A DNA stretch of 64,000 nt from contig CAWJCS010000005.1 in NCBI GenBank assembly GCA_963841435.1, forward strand, positions 1,472,001-1,536,000, given 5' to 3'. The stretch comes from an uncultured delta proteobacterium. Its GTDB lineage: Bacteria; Myxococcota_A; Polyangia; Polyangiales; Polyangiaceae. Both the position numbers and the translations under genes were made by a program. Shown here in pieces: positions 49,680 through 60,537 of the stretch. Position 1 is the first letter of the stretch, and each line of letters starts with the position of its first letter. The notes below the pieces were generated by a model. The model was not told the origin of the DNA, searched no databases, and was given only the letters and a program-made list of their open reading frames with translations.

Positions 49680-52524
49680 TCAGAGCCGTGCGGCTTTTGG
49701 CGAAGGCACGCCGCTGCTCACGCTCGCGCACCGCGGCCCCGTCGAGAGCTCGGGATGGAAACGCAGGATGACGCGATCGCCGGACACGTCGACGCGATAC
49801 CCAGGCGGCACGCTCGTGAAGCGACCCGACACGCCGCTCGTCGCCGTGAGGATCGTCCACGCGCTTCCGGGGGCCGGGGTCGCGCTCAGCTCGCCGACCT
49901 CGAGAGCGCCACCGAGCACGGCGTGGCCCGACACGTGGACGGCGTCGTGCTTCGCGCCGTCGAGGTCGAGACGGAGCGCGCCGTTCGAGAGCCTGAGAAT
50001 CGCCGCTAATCTCGAGCACGCCGACGCCCGGCCCGGGGGCGACCACGCCGCCGTCGACGACGAGATCGAAGCGCACGCTTCGCGTGGCGAGCAAGCCACC
50101 CCGGAAACGGAACGTCGCGCCGTGCGCCTTCGCGAGGCTCCCCGCGCGGAGCTCACCGCCCGTGAGCTCGAGCGAGCCGTGCGCGCCAATGCTCACCTGG
50201 TCGCCGACGTCGAGCCAGCCGTTTCGCACGGCGAGCACCGCGCTGCCGGCAATCTCGACGGCGCGCGCCACCTGGCCGGGCGCATCGACCACGGCCGTCC
50301 CCGCGAGAACGCGAACAACGTCGAAACGGCTCGGCTGCCAGTGCGCCGTCTTCGCGACGCGCGTGCCGCCGGAGGGCATCACGCCGAAGCTTTCGCTCTC
50401 CGCGTAGCGAGCCGTCCCCTCGACGGCGAACGCGAGCTGACCGGGCGCGGGCCACGCCGCGAGCTCGTTCAGGTACTCCTCGAGGTTCGTGTAGCCGTCG
50501 GCGTCGAGGTCGCCGTTGTTGTCGGCCAGCGCCGGGTTCGTACCGTGCGCGGATTCCCAGGTGTCCGGCATGCCGTCGCCGTCGGTGTCGAAGCCCGAGG
50601 GGCGGCTCGTCATCGGCGTCGCGACGAGCGCCCGCCACTCCGTGCCATCCTGCGAGCTCGAGTTGAACGGGTCGTCCGCCCACGCGACGATTTTGCCGGT
50701 GCCGGCGCGCGTCTCGGCAACGATCCGCGTGTCGAGCGCGGCGCGCTGCCAGTAGCGCGACCCCGCGTAGGAGAGCACACGGTCGAATGCGGCCTGGGCG
50801 CTGTCCGTCACGCCCGCGTAAGGCGTCTGCGTGAACGCGTTCGACTGAATGCTCGAAGATCCGAAATCGGAGCTCGAGAGCGACGCGCCGTCGGAAGCGT
50901 CGCCGTCCCGATTCGTGTCCTTCAGATTGCCGCTCTGGTACACCTTCGTGAGGGAGCTGTCGCTGCCGTTGAAGATGCTCGTGCCGCCGCCCGACGTGCT
51001 GATGGCGGTGCTCTCGTTGCCCGAAGCGTCGTCGCCGCCGTTTCCCGCCAGATAGAAGTTGCCGATGAAGTTGTTCTGGCTTGCCTGGCCCGAAGCACCG
51101 GTGCCGGCGGTGCCGAGCCAGTTGTAAAAGACGTTGTTCCGAAAGTCGTTGTAAGCGCCGACGCCCGCGACCGTGAGCGCACCCGACTCGGTGCCGACGC
51201 GCGGCAGGCGACCCTTGAGGTGCGCGTACAAGTTGTGGTGGACGCTGATTTTTGCGTTGGAGCCCGCCTGGAAAAGCGAGCCGAGCGCGTGACCCGTGTA
51301 CTTGATGCTGCTCGCCTCGGCGTCGGCTTGCGGATAGTTCTGGCCCTGCGCAATGAGCGCGTACTGCACGGTCACCTCGTTGGCGAGCTCGTTCATCGAG
51401 ACCGTCTCGTCGGTGGCGTAGACGGTGGTGACGTGGTCGATCATCACCTTCTGCCCGCTGATATCGAGCGCGTCGTACGTGTACGAGTCCGGGAAGTCGC
51501 CCGACACGGGAGGCTTGCTCGGCTCGTCGAAGCTGCGACAGCCGTAGCCGGGGGCGAACGTGACGTTCCGCAGGATGATATTGGTGCCGCCGACTTTGAT
51601 GGTGCCGCCCATGACGATCACGGGGCCGGGCGCCGTTTGCCCCGCAATGGTGACGGAGGCGGGTAGGTTGAGGCGCGAGGCGGTGTCCCAGCCGTTGCCG
51701 TTCGCGTCCCAGCCGGTCACGGCGGTGCGACCCAGAAAGAACACGCCCGACACGTCGAACACGATCGTGCGCGGCCCGGTGAGGTTCGACAGACCGTAGC
51801 GGAGCGTGCCCGGCCTCATGTCGCTCGAATCGGTGTCGAGCAGCGTCACGTGGTACACGTCGCCACCGCGACCGCCCGTGACCGTACCGGCCGCTCCGTC
51901 CGCGCCGGGGAAAGCGGGGAGCGCCGTACAATTGCCGGCCGTGCACTGGCAGGCCCCAGCGACGCACGTGCGCCCACCCGTGCACGGGCTGTTACACGCA
52001 CCGCAGTGCGCGTCGTCCGTCATCACGTCGACGCAGCTGCCACTGCAGCTCGCGTGACCCGCGTCGCAACCGGAGCTGCCGCCGCCGCCCGCGTCGCCAG
52101 CACCGCCGCCAGCACCCGAGCCGCCGCCCGCGACGCCCGCGTTGCCGCCCGATCCCGCCGTGCCGGCATCCGATCCACCTGCCCCGGCGGCACCGTCACC
52201 GGCGCTGCCGGCAGCGCCGGCGCTCGTCCCCGCGCTCCCGGCGGCGCCCGAGCCACCCGCGCCGCTTCCACCGGTTGCGGCCGCTCCACCCAACGCGCCG
52301 GACCCACCCATCCCCGCCAAAACGCCGCCGGTGCCGGAGCCCGCAGCGTTGCCCGCTATCCCCGAGCTCCCACCCGAGGCTCCCAGGCCTGACGATCCAC
52401 CCGTTCCGGGCGCGCCCGACCCCGCGCCCGGAGCGTCGCCGGATGCGGTTCCGCCGCCGCACCCGACGGCCGCCGGGGCCATCACCGCCACGAGGAAAGC
52501 TACACTCTTACTGGCACGCGTCAT
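49680..52524 (-). CDS. PL1 pectate lyase-like lipoprotein; apparent frameshift near 49998
   Basis: AFPGADG...TGGRGG, GTLR, IAGQTAPG, IDH, DET, R.PR and DGDGMPD.WE; C-terminus continues in the 49680-50189 frame. Confidence 0.85.
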
Positions 52525-52774
52525 TTTCGGCCTCGCCGCCACTGCACGAGCTCAACGCGGATCGGTGGCCCGAGGCACGCGGCAGCGGTCATGTATGACG
52601 GCGGCCGGCGAACCGATCACGCCCCGCTGGCTTGAGACCAAAAAGGTCCGGGAGCCGCATGGCGCGCACTTCGTGCGATCCCCCACCGTCCGGAGGCAAT
52701 CCGTGCGCCCTCGGGCGCACCCGCTGCAGGCGTGCCCCGAGCAGCGGCCGACCTCGGACGGGAAACGGATCCGC

Positions 52775-53326
52775 TCAGGCGAGCAGCACGACCGTGCTCG
52801 CCTGGGGTCCCTTGTCGCCCATCTCCTCGACGAAGCGCACCTTGGAGCCGACCTTCATGCGCCCGAAAGCGTGGTGGAGCACGCTGTTCTGGTGGAAGTA
52901 GATCTCGTCACCTTCGGGCGTCTGCAAAAACCCATATCCTTCGTATTCGAGAAGCTTGGCGACGTGCGCCCGCCGATAGGCGTGCTCGTGGGGCTTCACC
53001 TCGCCTCGCTGCTGGCGCACGAAGTCCTCGAGCCTGCGCAGGGCATTGTCGAAGGCCTGATCGATGGCGGCATACGCGTCCTCGTGAATCGGATCGTCTT
53101 CGCGCGCATGGCTCACCGGAACCAGGCCGCCGGGCAAGGACACCTCGACGGCGACGCGAAAGGGCCGACCGTTGCGCTGGTGACGATGGGGCATCTCCAC
53201 GGTGACGTGGCAGTCGGTGATGCGGTCCGCGAATCGCTCGAACCGCTCCGCGCGTGCGCGGACGTACCGGTCGATGGCCTCCGAGGACGCCATGTCTCGG
53301 AAAGTGATTCTCAGTGGAATGGTCAT
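52775..53326 (-). CDS. HPF/RaiA domain plus cold-shock domain protein
   Basis: ITFR, D.YAAI..AFD...RRL; GYGF, IYFH.NSV and GPQAS.V. Confidence 0.9.
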   Translation of the reverse strand: MTIPLRITFRDMASSEAIDRYVRARAERFERFADRITDCHVTVEMPHRHQRNGRPFRVAVEVSLPGGLVPVSHAREDDPIHEDAYAAIDQAFDNALRRLEDFVRQQRGEVKPHEHAYRRAHVAKLLEYEGYGFLQTPEGDEIYFHQNSVLHHAFGRMKVGSKVRFVEEMGDKGPQASTVVLLA

Positions 53327-53480
53327 GCCCATGATCGAAGCATCAACCGTGCCCACGATCCCCGCAGACGAGCAGGGCGCCCCGGACGAGCCCCTGCGCA
53401 AATCGTTCGCGTCGCCACCCCGGGGCGAATCGGCTGCACGCGGGCCCGCAAGGGCACGGCTTTTGCTCTCCATCCAAACG

Positions 53481-53903
53481 ATGGCTCTCGAGGTTGCACG
53501 CTTCTATCGCTTTCTCGCCGGGGCGGTCAACGTCACGCACGGCCTCGTGATGCTCATTTGGGGGCTCGGGCTACCGCTCGTGCTCTGGCACCGTTTCGCC
53601 CGCTTGAGCCGGGCGTACATGTGGTTCTCCGTCAGTTTCGTGGTGCTCTCGCTTCTTTCGCACCAGATCTTCGGCGAGTGCTTCCTGACGACGCTGTCGC
53701 GCCACCTGCGGGTGACCGCCGGAGTCCGGGTCAATCGGGTGCCCTTCACCGTCGTCTTCGTGAACGCCGTCGCGGGCATTCGTCCAAGCACGCGTGAGGC
53801 GGTCCTGCTCTGGGAGACGACCATCGCGACCTCGTGCGTCGCGACGCTGCTCTACTGGCGGCGGGCGCGAAGCAGTCCGTCGGCGCGGAGCGGCGCGCGC
53901 TGA
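53481..53903 (+). CDS. DUF2784-like membrane protein
   Basis: H in TM1 and C.LT motif; three TM segments. Confidence 0.6.
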   Translation: MALEVARFYRFLAGAVNVTHGLVMLIWGLGLPLVLWHRFARLSRAYMWFSVSFVVLSLLSHQIFGECFLTTLSRHLRVTAGVRVNRVPFTVVFVNAVAGIRPSTREAVLLWETTIATSCVATLLYWRRARSSPSARSGAR

Positions 53904-53981
53904 GCGCCGACGGCGCACCCGGCGGCCGCGGGTCCGGGCAGGGGCCGACGCTCGCGCTCGGTGCTAGATTTGTGAGACTCG

Positions 53982-54968
53982 ATGCTTCGCAAGCGACTGG
54001 TTGGCATGCTCCTCGGCACCCGTTTGCCTCGTCTCTTGCCGGTCGGCGCGCTCGGGATCGTCGTCTTGCACTTCGGTGCGCGCGAGGCCGTGGCCTCCGC
54101 CGTCGCGTTCGCTCCGAACGCCACGCGAGCGGCCGACGAGGCCGTGCCCCTGCCCGCGGAGCTTGCCGACCGGAGCGTGACGAGGCTAAAGGTGCCGGTT
54201 GGTCCGCCCAAGGCGACGCTCGCCGCGTGGGTCGTCGAGCCGAAGGCCCGGGCCGCGCGCGGAACCATCGTTTTGCTTCACGGCATTCGACTCGACAAGC
54301 GCTCGCTCGTGAGTCCCGCGCTCGCGTTCTCCGATGCCGGCTACCGCACCGTGCTCGTCGATCTGCGCGGTCACGGTGAATCGAGCGGGCGCTATCTGAC
54401 CTACGGTGCGGTCGAGAATCGCAACGTCTCGAGCGTGCTCGACGCGCTCGAGGCAAGCGGCACGAAGCTCGGCTGTGTGGGCGCGTACGGCTATTCCTAC
54501 GGCGCCGCCGTCGCGCTCGAGCTCGGAGCGCACGACGCGCGAGTGCGTGCCGTCGTGGCGGTCGCGCCGTTCTCGTCCCTACGCTCGGTGATCCTCGACT
54601 ACCGGCGCCGCTACCTACCGGCGCCCCTCAGTGCGATCCCCGACTCGTGGTTTCAGGGCGCGGTCAACGAGGCGAGCCGCATCGCCGCGTTCGATCCCGA
54701 CGGTTCCGCGCCCGAACGGGCAGCGACCTGGTCGACCGCCGAGCAGCTGCTCATTCACGGCACGAGTGACACGCAGGTGCCCCTGGCGCACAGCGAACGT
54801 CTCGCGCGCGCTGCCCAGGGGCGCGCACGCCTCGTCACCGTGGCGGGGGCATCCCACGATACGATCCCGGCGTTCGCAGAGACCCGACGCGAAAGTCTCG
54901 CTTGGTTCGAACGCTGGCTCGAGCCCGAACACTGCGAGAAGGCGCAAGCGCCAGCCGATCGGCACTGA
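53982..54968 (+). CDS. Alpha/beta hydrolase
   Basis: DLRGHGES, GYSYG, HG..D..VP and GASH. Confidence 0.88.
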   Translation: MLRKRLVGMLLGTRLPRLLPVGALGIVVLHFGAREAVASAVAFAPNATRAADEAVPLPAELADRSVTRLKVPVGPPKATLAAWVVEPKARAARGTIVLLHGIRLDKRSLVSPALAFSDAGYRTVLVDLRGHGESSGRYLTYGAVENRNVSSVLDALEASGTKLGCVGAYGYSYGAAVALELGAHDARVRAVVAVAPFSSLRSVILDYRRRYLPAPLSAIPDSWFQGAVNEASRIAAFDPDGSAPERAATWSTAEQLLIHGTSDTQVPLAHSERLARAAQGRARLVTVAGASHDTIPAFAETRRESLAWFERWLEPEHCEKAQAPADRH

Positions 54969-55137
54969 CCGGGCGCGGAGCGGTCCGTGCGCCGGCCATG
55001 GCTTGAGACCGGAAACAGATGACGCGGCGGCAGCTCGGAAAAGCGCTGCGTTTCGTGCACGAGAGAACCTTGACCATCGCTGGAATGGGATGATACTCGC
55101 ATGGGCTCTCGATGGGCGAGGCGCCACGACCCGACCC

Positions 55138-56445
55138 ATGAGTGCCTCGCGTCCCCGAGTCCTCCTCATCGCGGAAGCTTGCAACCCGGAGTGGGTGAGC
55201 GTTCCGTTGATTGGCTGGTCGCACGGACGCGCGCTGGCGGGGCTCACCGACGCGCTCGTCGTCACCCAGGTCCGGAACCGTGAAGCGCTCGAGCGCGCCG
55301 GCTGGACGGAGGGTCGCGAGTTCGTCGCGCTCGACACCGAGGCAGTGGGTGTCCCCATCTACCGGGCGAGCCAGTGGCTGCGTCGAACGGCCGGGTTTGG
55401 CTGGACGTTGACCACGGCGACGGCGAGCATTCCCTACTACTACTTCGAGCACCTGCTCTGGCGTCGTTTCGGCGACGACATCAAAAGCAAGCGCTTCAAC
55501 GTCGTGCATCGACTCACGCCGCTCAGCCCGACCATCCCGAGTTTCCTCGCGGTAAGGTGCAAGGCGTCCGGAGTCCCCTTCGTGTGGGGGCCGATCAACG
55601 GCGGCGTGCCCTGGCCTCCCGGGTTCGGCAACGTCCGTCGCGCCGAGGGCGAGTGGCTCTCCTACCTTCGCAACGCCCATCGTCTCATGCCGGGTCACGC
55701 CAGCACCCGGCGCTCGGCGGCCGCGCTGATCGCCGGCTCCATGTCGGTGTGGGAGCAGCTCGACGGCCATCACGACCGCTCGGTGTACATCCCCGAGAAC
55801 GCGGTGGAGCCGGAGCGATTCCGCGGGTCCGTCGCGCCCTGGCAAGAGGGCCCACTCCGCGTCGCCTTCGTCGGACGGCTCGTCCCCTACAAGGGCGCCG
55901 ACATGCTCATCGAGGCCGCTGCGCCGCTGGTCCGCGCCGGCCGCGTTCGAGTCGACGTCTACGGTGATGGTCCCGAGCTCGGCAAGCTCGAGGCTCTCGT
56001 CGAGCGTGAAGAGCTCCGGAGCGGCGTCAGCCTGCACGGCTGGACGGCGCACGAAGCCCTGCAGGGCGAGCTCGTGCGCGCGCACGTGTTCGGTTTTCCG
56101 AGCGTGCGAGAGTTCGGGGGCGGAGCCGTGCTCGAAGCGATGGCGCTCGGACTCGTACCCGTGGTGGTCGGCTACGCGGGTCCGAACGAGTTGGTATCGG
56201 AACGCACCGGCATCCGCGTGCCGATCGGATCACGCGCATCCGTCGTCGCCGGCGTTCGCGCCGCACTGGAACGCCTGCTTGCGGATCCCGTCGAGCTCGG
56301 GCAGATGAGCAAGCGCGCACGGCACCACGTGCTTGAGAGCTTCACGTGGTCCGCGAAGGCCGCTCAGGTGCTCGAGGTCTATCGATGGGTGCTCGGTGAG
56401 CGAAGCAAGCCTAGCTTCGGAATGCCATTTCCGGACGACGCCTAA
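55138..56445 (+). CDS. GT4 glycosyltransferase
   Basis: FVGRLVPYKG and PS.REFGG..VLEAMA.G. Confidence 0.92.
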   Translation: MSASRPRVLLIAEACNPEWVSVPLIGWSHGRALAGLTDALVVTQVRNREALERAGWTEGREFVALDTEAVGVPIYRASQWLRRTAGFGWTLTTATASIPYYYFEHLLWRRFGDDIKSKRFNVVHRLTPLSPTIPSFLAVRCKASGVPFVWGPINGGVPWPPGFGNVRRAEGEWLSYLRNAHRLMPGHASTRRSAAALIAGSMSVWEQLDGHHDRSVYIPENAVEPERFRGSVAPWQEGPLRVAFVGRLVPYKGADMLIEAAAPLVRAGRVRVDVYGDGPELGKLEALVEREELRSGVSLHGWTAHEALQGELVRAHVFGFPSVREFGGGAVLEAMALGLVPVVVGYAGPNELVSERTGIRVPIGSRASVVAGVRAALERLLADPVELGQMSKRARHHVLESFTWSAKAAQVLEVYRWVLGERSKPSFGMPFPDDA

Positions 56446-56570
56446 ACGCAGGAGATCGCACGGCGCGGGGAATCGCGGCGTGGGGGCTGTTGCCCGAGGA
56501 GTGCGAACGGTTCACTATTGCGCGCACGCTCGCGCACATGCGAGATAGCGGCTCGTCTGGGAATTCCGTC

Positions 56571-58046
56571 ATGGTCGGCTCAGCTTCAGGTCGGGGTGGT
56601 TCGGTGGCGCGAGCCCTGTGGGGTGCCGCGCTGGGCCTTGCTCTGGCTGCCGTGAGCGGGTGCGGAGCAGAGAAGGCCCAAGGCGGAGCACAACCAAGCA
56701 CCGTCGCGCCGACGGCGCCCAGAAGGCCCGGCCAACTGCCAGCGCCACCGAGCGCGGCGAATGCGCCACCGAAGGCGGCGAATGGTTTCACTCAGTTCAA
56801 GCCGAGCCCGGACACGACCATCTACTACGTGAGCGCCCAGGGCGACGACTCCAACGCCGGCACTTCGGAGGCTCAGCCACTCAAAACGGCCGGGGCCGCC
56901 ATGAAGATGCTCCACGACGGCCTCCCCGACTGGATCCTGTTTCGACGCGGCGACAAGTTCAGGGAGATCGGACAGGTCAAGGCGTCGGGCCGTTCCAGCG
57001 CGGAGCCCATGCTGTTCGGCGCCTATGGGAGCTCCACCACGCGGCCACGGTTCACCGCTGGCGGCCTGGCCACCAGCGGGGGCGGCGGCGGGCCCGAGTA
57101 CACGAGCTACCTCGTGTTCATGGGGCTCGACTTCGTGATCGAGCGGCGTGACCCGACACACCCGCGGCACGATCCGACCTTCGGAGGATCGCTCGTGAGC
57201 TGGCTGCGCGGCTCGGCGGGCGTCTGGTTCGAGGACTGCGTGTTCCAGTGGGGAGGCATCGGCTTTCAGGAGTTCGACAAGTTCGACATCGAAAACGTCA
57301 CCTTCCGCCGCTGCCAGTTCCTGGACTCGTACGACAGCCATGGCTCTCACGCGCAGAACGTGTACATTTCGCGCGCCAAAAACGTCGTCTTCGACGAGTG
57401 TCTCTTCGATCACGGCGGTTGGAACGCCTCGATTCCCGGGGCCGACTCGACGATCTTCAACCACAACATCTACATCCAGAACTACACGCCCCGGGTCACG
57501 CTCAAAAACTCGATTTCGATGCGAGCCTCGAGCCACGGCGTGCAGTTTCGTGCCGGGGGCACGGTGGAGAACAACTTCTTTTACCAGAACCCCATCAACA
57601 TCCTGATCGGCGGTGGCTCCACTCCCGATAAGGGCGGCGTGGAAGGCTTGGTGCGCGACAACGTCGTCGACGAAGGCGTCAACATGCACACTGGCGAGGG
57701 GCGCGGCTGGGGCATCGAGCTCGAGAACATCCGCGCCGTGACGGTGGAAGGAAACATCATCACGCATTGCCGGGGCACCGGTTGCAGGAACATCCCCAAG
57801 GGCGTCGCCGGTGCGACCCTGAACGAAAACATCATCCACGACTGGCCGGGCGAATCCCCCGCGACCCAAGGTGACTACCCGCACCCGGACGTTACACTGG
57901 CCGACTACGCGGCCACGCTCAACCTGACGATCGACCAATTTTACGGCGAGCTCCGCAAACAATCGCAGTTTCACTGGCGACCCGAGCTCACCGCCAACGC
58001 CATCAACAACTATTTCCGCTCCGCCTTTGGTCGGCCCAAGCGCTGA
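56571..58046 (+). CDS. Right-handed beta-helix lipoprotein (paralogue 1)
   Basis: Lipobox VSGC; YYVS..GDDSN.G, FRRGD.F and FNHNIY; start uncertain. Confidence 0.8.
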   Translation: MVGSASGRGGSVARALWGAALGLALAAVSGCGAEKAQGGAQPSTVAPTAPRRPGQLPAPPSAANAPPKAANGFTQFKPSPDTTIYYVSAQGDDSNAGTSEAQPLKTAGAAMKMLHDGLPDWILFRRGDKFREIGQVKASGRSSAEPMLFGAYGSSTTRPRFTAGGLATSGGGGGPEYTSYLVFMGLDFVIERRDPTHPRHDPTFGGSLVSWLRGSAGVWFEDCVFQWGGIGFQEFDKFDIENVTFRRCQFLDSYDSHGSHAQNVYISRAKNVVFDECLFDHGGWNASIPGADSTIFNHNIYIQNYTPRVTLKNSISMRASSHGVQFRAGGTVENNFFYQNPINILIGGGSTPDKGGVEGLVRDNVVDEGVNMHTGEGRGWGIELENIRAVTVEGNIITHCRGTGCRNIPKGVAGATLNENIIHDWPGESPATQGDYPHPDVTLADYAATLNLTIDQFYGELRKQSQFHWRPELTANAINNYFRSAFGRPKR

Positions 58047-58096
58047 CGAGGCCACGAAAGCCGGCGCAACGCGCCCCGGTCCCGGAGGTCAGTAAC

Positions 58097-59707
58097 GTGC
58101 AATCCTTGAGTCCATCGTTCGTGCGCTCGGTTGTTTTAGTGAGCATTGTCGCGATGTCCGCCCTGTTCGGATGCGGGAAGGACGACTCGGCGACACCTAT
58201 TCCAACCGCCGGCTCGACGTCCGCGGGCACCTCGGGAAGCGCCGGCACGGCCACGGGCGGTTCTTCCGCGGCAGCAACCGGAGGAACCGGGGGATCCGCC
58301 GCCGCAGCAGGCGGCCGCGCGGGAAGCTCCGGCTCCGGCGCCCAGTCCGCCGGAGAAGCGGGCGCGGACACGGCGGGCACCGGCGGAACCGGCGGCAGCG
58401 CCGGCACGAGCGGGGCGGCCGGAGGACCTCCGACGGCGGCCGACGGCTTCACCGATTTCATGCCGAGCGCGGACACCACCATCTACTACGTGAGCGCCGC
58501 AGGCGACGACGCCAATGCAGGGACGTCGGAGGCCGCACCGCTCAAGACGGCCGCTGCGGCCCTGAAGAAGCTTCACGACGGCTTGCCTGATTGGATCCTG
58601 TTTCGGCGCGGCGACAAGTTCACGCAGATCGGACAGATCAAGGCGTCGGGGCGTTCGAGCGCAGAGCCGATGCTGTTTGGTTCCTACGGCGACTCGACCG
58701 AGCGGCCACGCTTCACCAGCGCCGGCCTGAACACCGCGGGGGGCGCCGGCGGGCCGGAGTTCACGAGCTACGTCGCGTTCATGGGGCTCGCCATCGTGTT
58801 CGAGCGGCGCGACCCGACCAACCCGCAGCACGATCCGACCTTCGGTGACGCCATCATCAACTGGCTGCGCGGCTCGGACGGAGCCTGGTTCGAGGACTGC
58901 GTGTTCCAGTGGGCGGGCGTCGGATTCCAGGAGTTCGACAACTTCGACATCGAGAACCTCACCTTCCGCCGCTGTCAGTTCCTGGATTCCTACAACAGCG
59001 AAGGCGCCCACGCGCAGAACGTGTACATCTCGGACGCGGGCAACATCGTGTTCGACGAGTGCCTGTTCGATCACGGCGGCTGGAACGAATCGATCCCCGG
59101 AGCCGACTCGACGATCTTCAACCACAACATCTACATTCAGAACAACACGCCCCGGGTCACGCTCAAGAACTCGATTTCGATGCGAGCCTCGAGCCACGGC
59201 CTGCAGTTTCGCGCCGGTGGGACGATCGAGAACAACTTCTTCTACAGAAACCCCATCAGCATCCTGGTCGGCGGTGGCTCCACTCCCGACCCGGGGGGCG
59301 TCGACGGCGTCGTGCTCGACAACGTCATCGACGAAGGCGTCAACATGCACACCGGCGAAGGGCGCGGCTGGGGCATCGACCTCGAGAACATCCACGACGT
59401 GACGGTGGACGGAAACATCGTCACGCACTGCTTGGGCGGCGGCTGCACCAACATCTTTAAGGGCATCGCCGGTGTCACGTACGGCAGCAACATCGTGTAC
59501 GACTGGCCCGGTGACTTCAGCCCGACCAACGGCAACTACCCGAATCCGGACGTCACGCTTTCGGACTACGCCGCCACGCTCAACATGACGATCGAGGAAT
59601 TTTACGACGCGCTCAGGGCGCAGTCGCAGTTCAACTGGCGATCCGAGCTCACTGCCACCGCGATCAACAACTATTTCCGCACCGCCTTTGGTCAACCAAC
59701 GCGCTGA
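58097..59707 (+). CDS. Right-handed beta-helix lipoprotein (paralogue 2)
   Basis: RBS GGAGG and lipobox LFGC; closely similar domain to paralogue 1. Confidence 0.8.
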   Translation: MQSLSPSFVRSVVLVSIVAMSALFGCGKDDSATPIPTAGSTSAGTSGSAGTATGGSSAAATGGTGGSAAAAGGRAGSSGSGAQSAGEAGADTAGTGGTGGSAGTSGAAGGPPTAADGFTDFMPSADTTIYYVSAAGDDANAGTSEAAPLKTAAAALKKLHDGLPDWILFRRGDKFTQIGQIKASGRSSAEPMLFGSYGDSTERPRFTSAGLNTAGGAGGPEFTSYVAFMGLAIVFERRDPTNPQHDPTFGDAIINWLRGSDGAWFEDCVFQWAGVGFQEFDNFDIENLTFRRCQFLDSYNSEGAHAQNVYISDAGNIVFDECLFDHGGWNESIPGADSTIFNHNIYIQNNTPRVTLKNSISMRASSHGLQFRAGGTIENNFFYRNPISILVGGGSTPDPGGVDGVVLDNVIDEGVNMHTGEGRGWGIDLENIHDVTVDGNIVTHCLGGGCTNIFKGIAGVTYGSNIVYDWPGDFSPTNGNYPNPDVTLSDYAATLNMTIEEFYDALRAQSQFNWRSELTATAINNYFRTAFGQPTR

Positions 59708-59795
59708 ACGGGGACAGCAGCCGCGCTCGGGGTGCCGAGCGCGGCTGGCCGAAGCGAAGCTTCCCGCGGTACGCTGAGGGCGGAGCTCTTAAGCC

Positions 59796-60431
59796 ATGCC
59801 CCTATGCTTGCTCCTGGCTGCACCCGCGGGGAGCGACGGTCTGATCGGCAAATGGTCGCCCGGCATCGGCGATCCCAACTTCGTCGGATGGCTCACCGTG
59901 GTGGCCTACCTGTCCACCGCGGCTCTGTCGTTCGGCGTCGTGCGGCGGACTCCCCGCTTTCTCAGCGAGGCTCGGCGTGAGCGCTTTTTCTGGCTCCTGC
60001 TCGCCTGGTTGTTCGTGGCGCTCGGCATCAACAAGCAGCTCGATCTGCAGAGCGCCTTCACCGAGATCGGGCGCATGGCGGCGCGACAAGAAGGTTGGTA
60101 CGAAGAGCGCCGAGCGGTACAGCGCGAGTTCATCGTACTGGTTGGCGTTGGTGCGGCGCTCGGCGCTGCTGGGCTCCTGTTCCTGGTTCGAGGAGCGAGC
60201 ACCCATGCCCACGTGGCCGCAATCGGAACGAGCCTGGTGTTCGCTTTCGTCCTGATCCGTGCCGCGTCGTTCCACCACGTGGACGTCTTTCTCAGGGCTG
60301 CGCCGTTCGGCGTTCACGCCAACTGGGTGCTCGAGCTTTCGGGCATCGGCATCGTGCTCGCGGCCGCTGTCCGTCACTTCCGGCGCCTGCCACCGATACG
60401 CCCCACCACGCCGCCACCGCGCAAACGATAG
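59796..60431 (+). CDS. Membrane protein
   Basis: WSPGIGDP, LGINKQLDLQ and RAASFHH; several TM segments. Confidence 0.75.
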   Translation: MPLCLLLAAPAGSDGLIGKWSPGIGDPNFVGWLTVVAYLSTAALSFGVVRRTPRFLSEARRERFFWLLLAWLFVALGINKQLDLQSAFTEIGRMAARQEGWYEERRAVQREFIVLVGVGAALGAAGLLFLVRGASTHAHVAAIGTSLVFAFVLIRAASFHHVDVFLRAAPFGVHANWVLELSGIGIVLAAAVRHFRRLPPIRPTTPPPRKR

Positions 60432-60537
60432 CGGCCCGGTGCGTCACGCGGGCCGGCCTTGACCGCGGCCCGCAGCAAATGAGCATATACCGCGCCGCGC
60501 ACCGGCCGCTCCTTCCCTGTGCACGAGCCAATCTCAA

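Noticed and set aside
49990-50005. Programmed ribosomal frameshift in the pectate lyase
   Set aside because: No slippery heptamer; a single duplicated base explains it
47785-51666. Long plus-strand ORFs (47785-49527, 49768-51666) and similar antisense ORFs elsewhere
   Set aside because: These are antisense shadows of real genes, expected in high-GC DNA, with no family motifs
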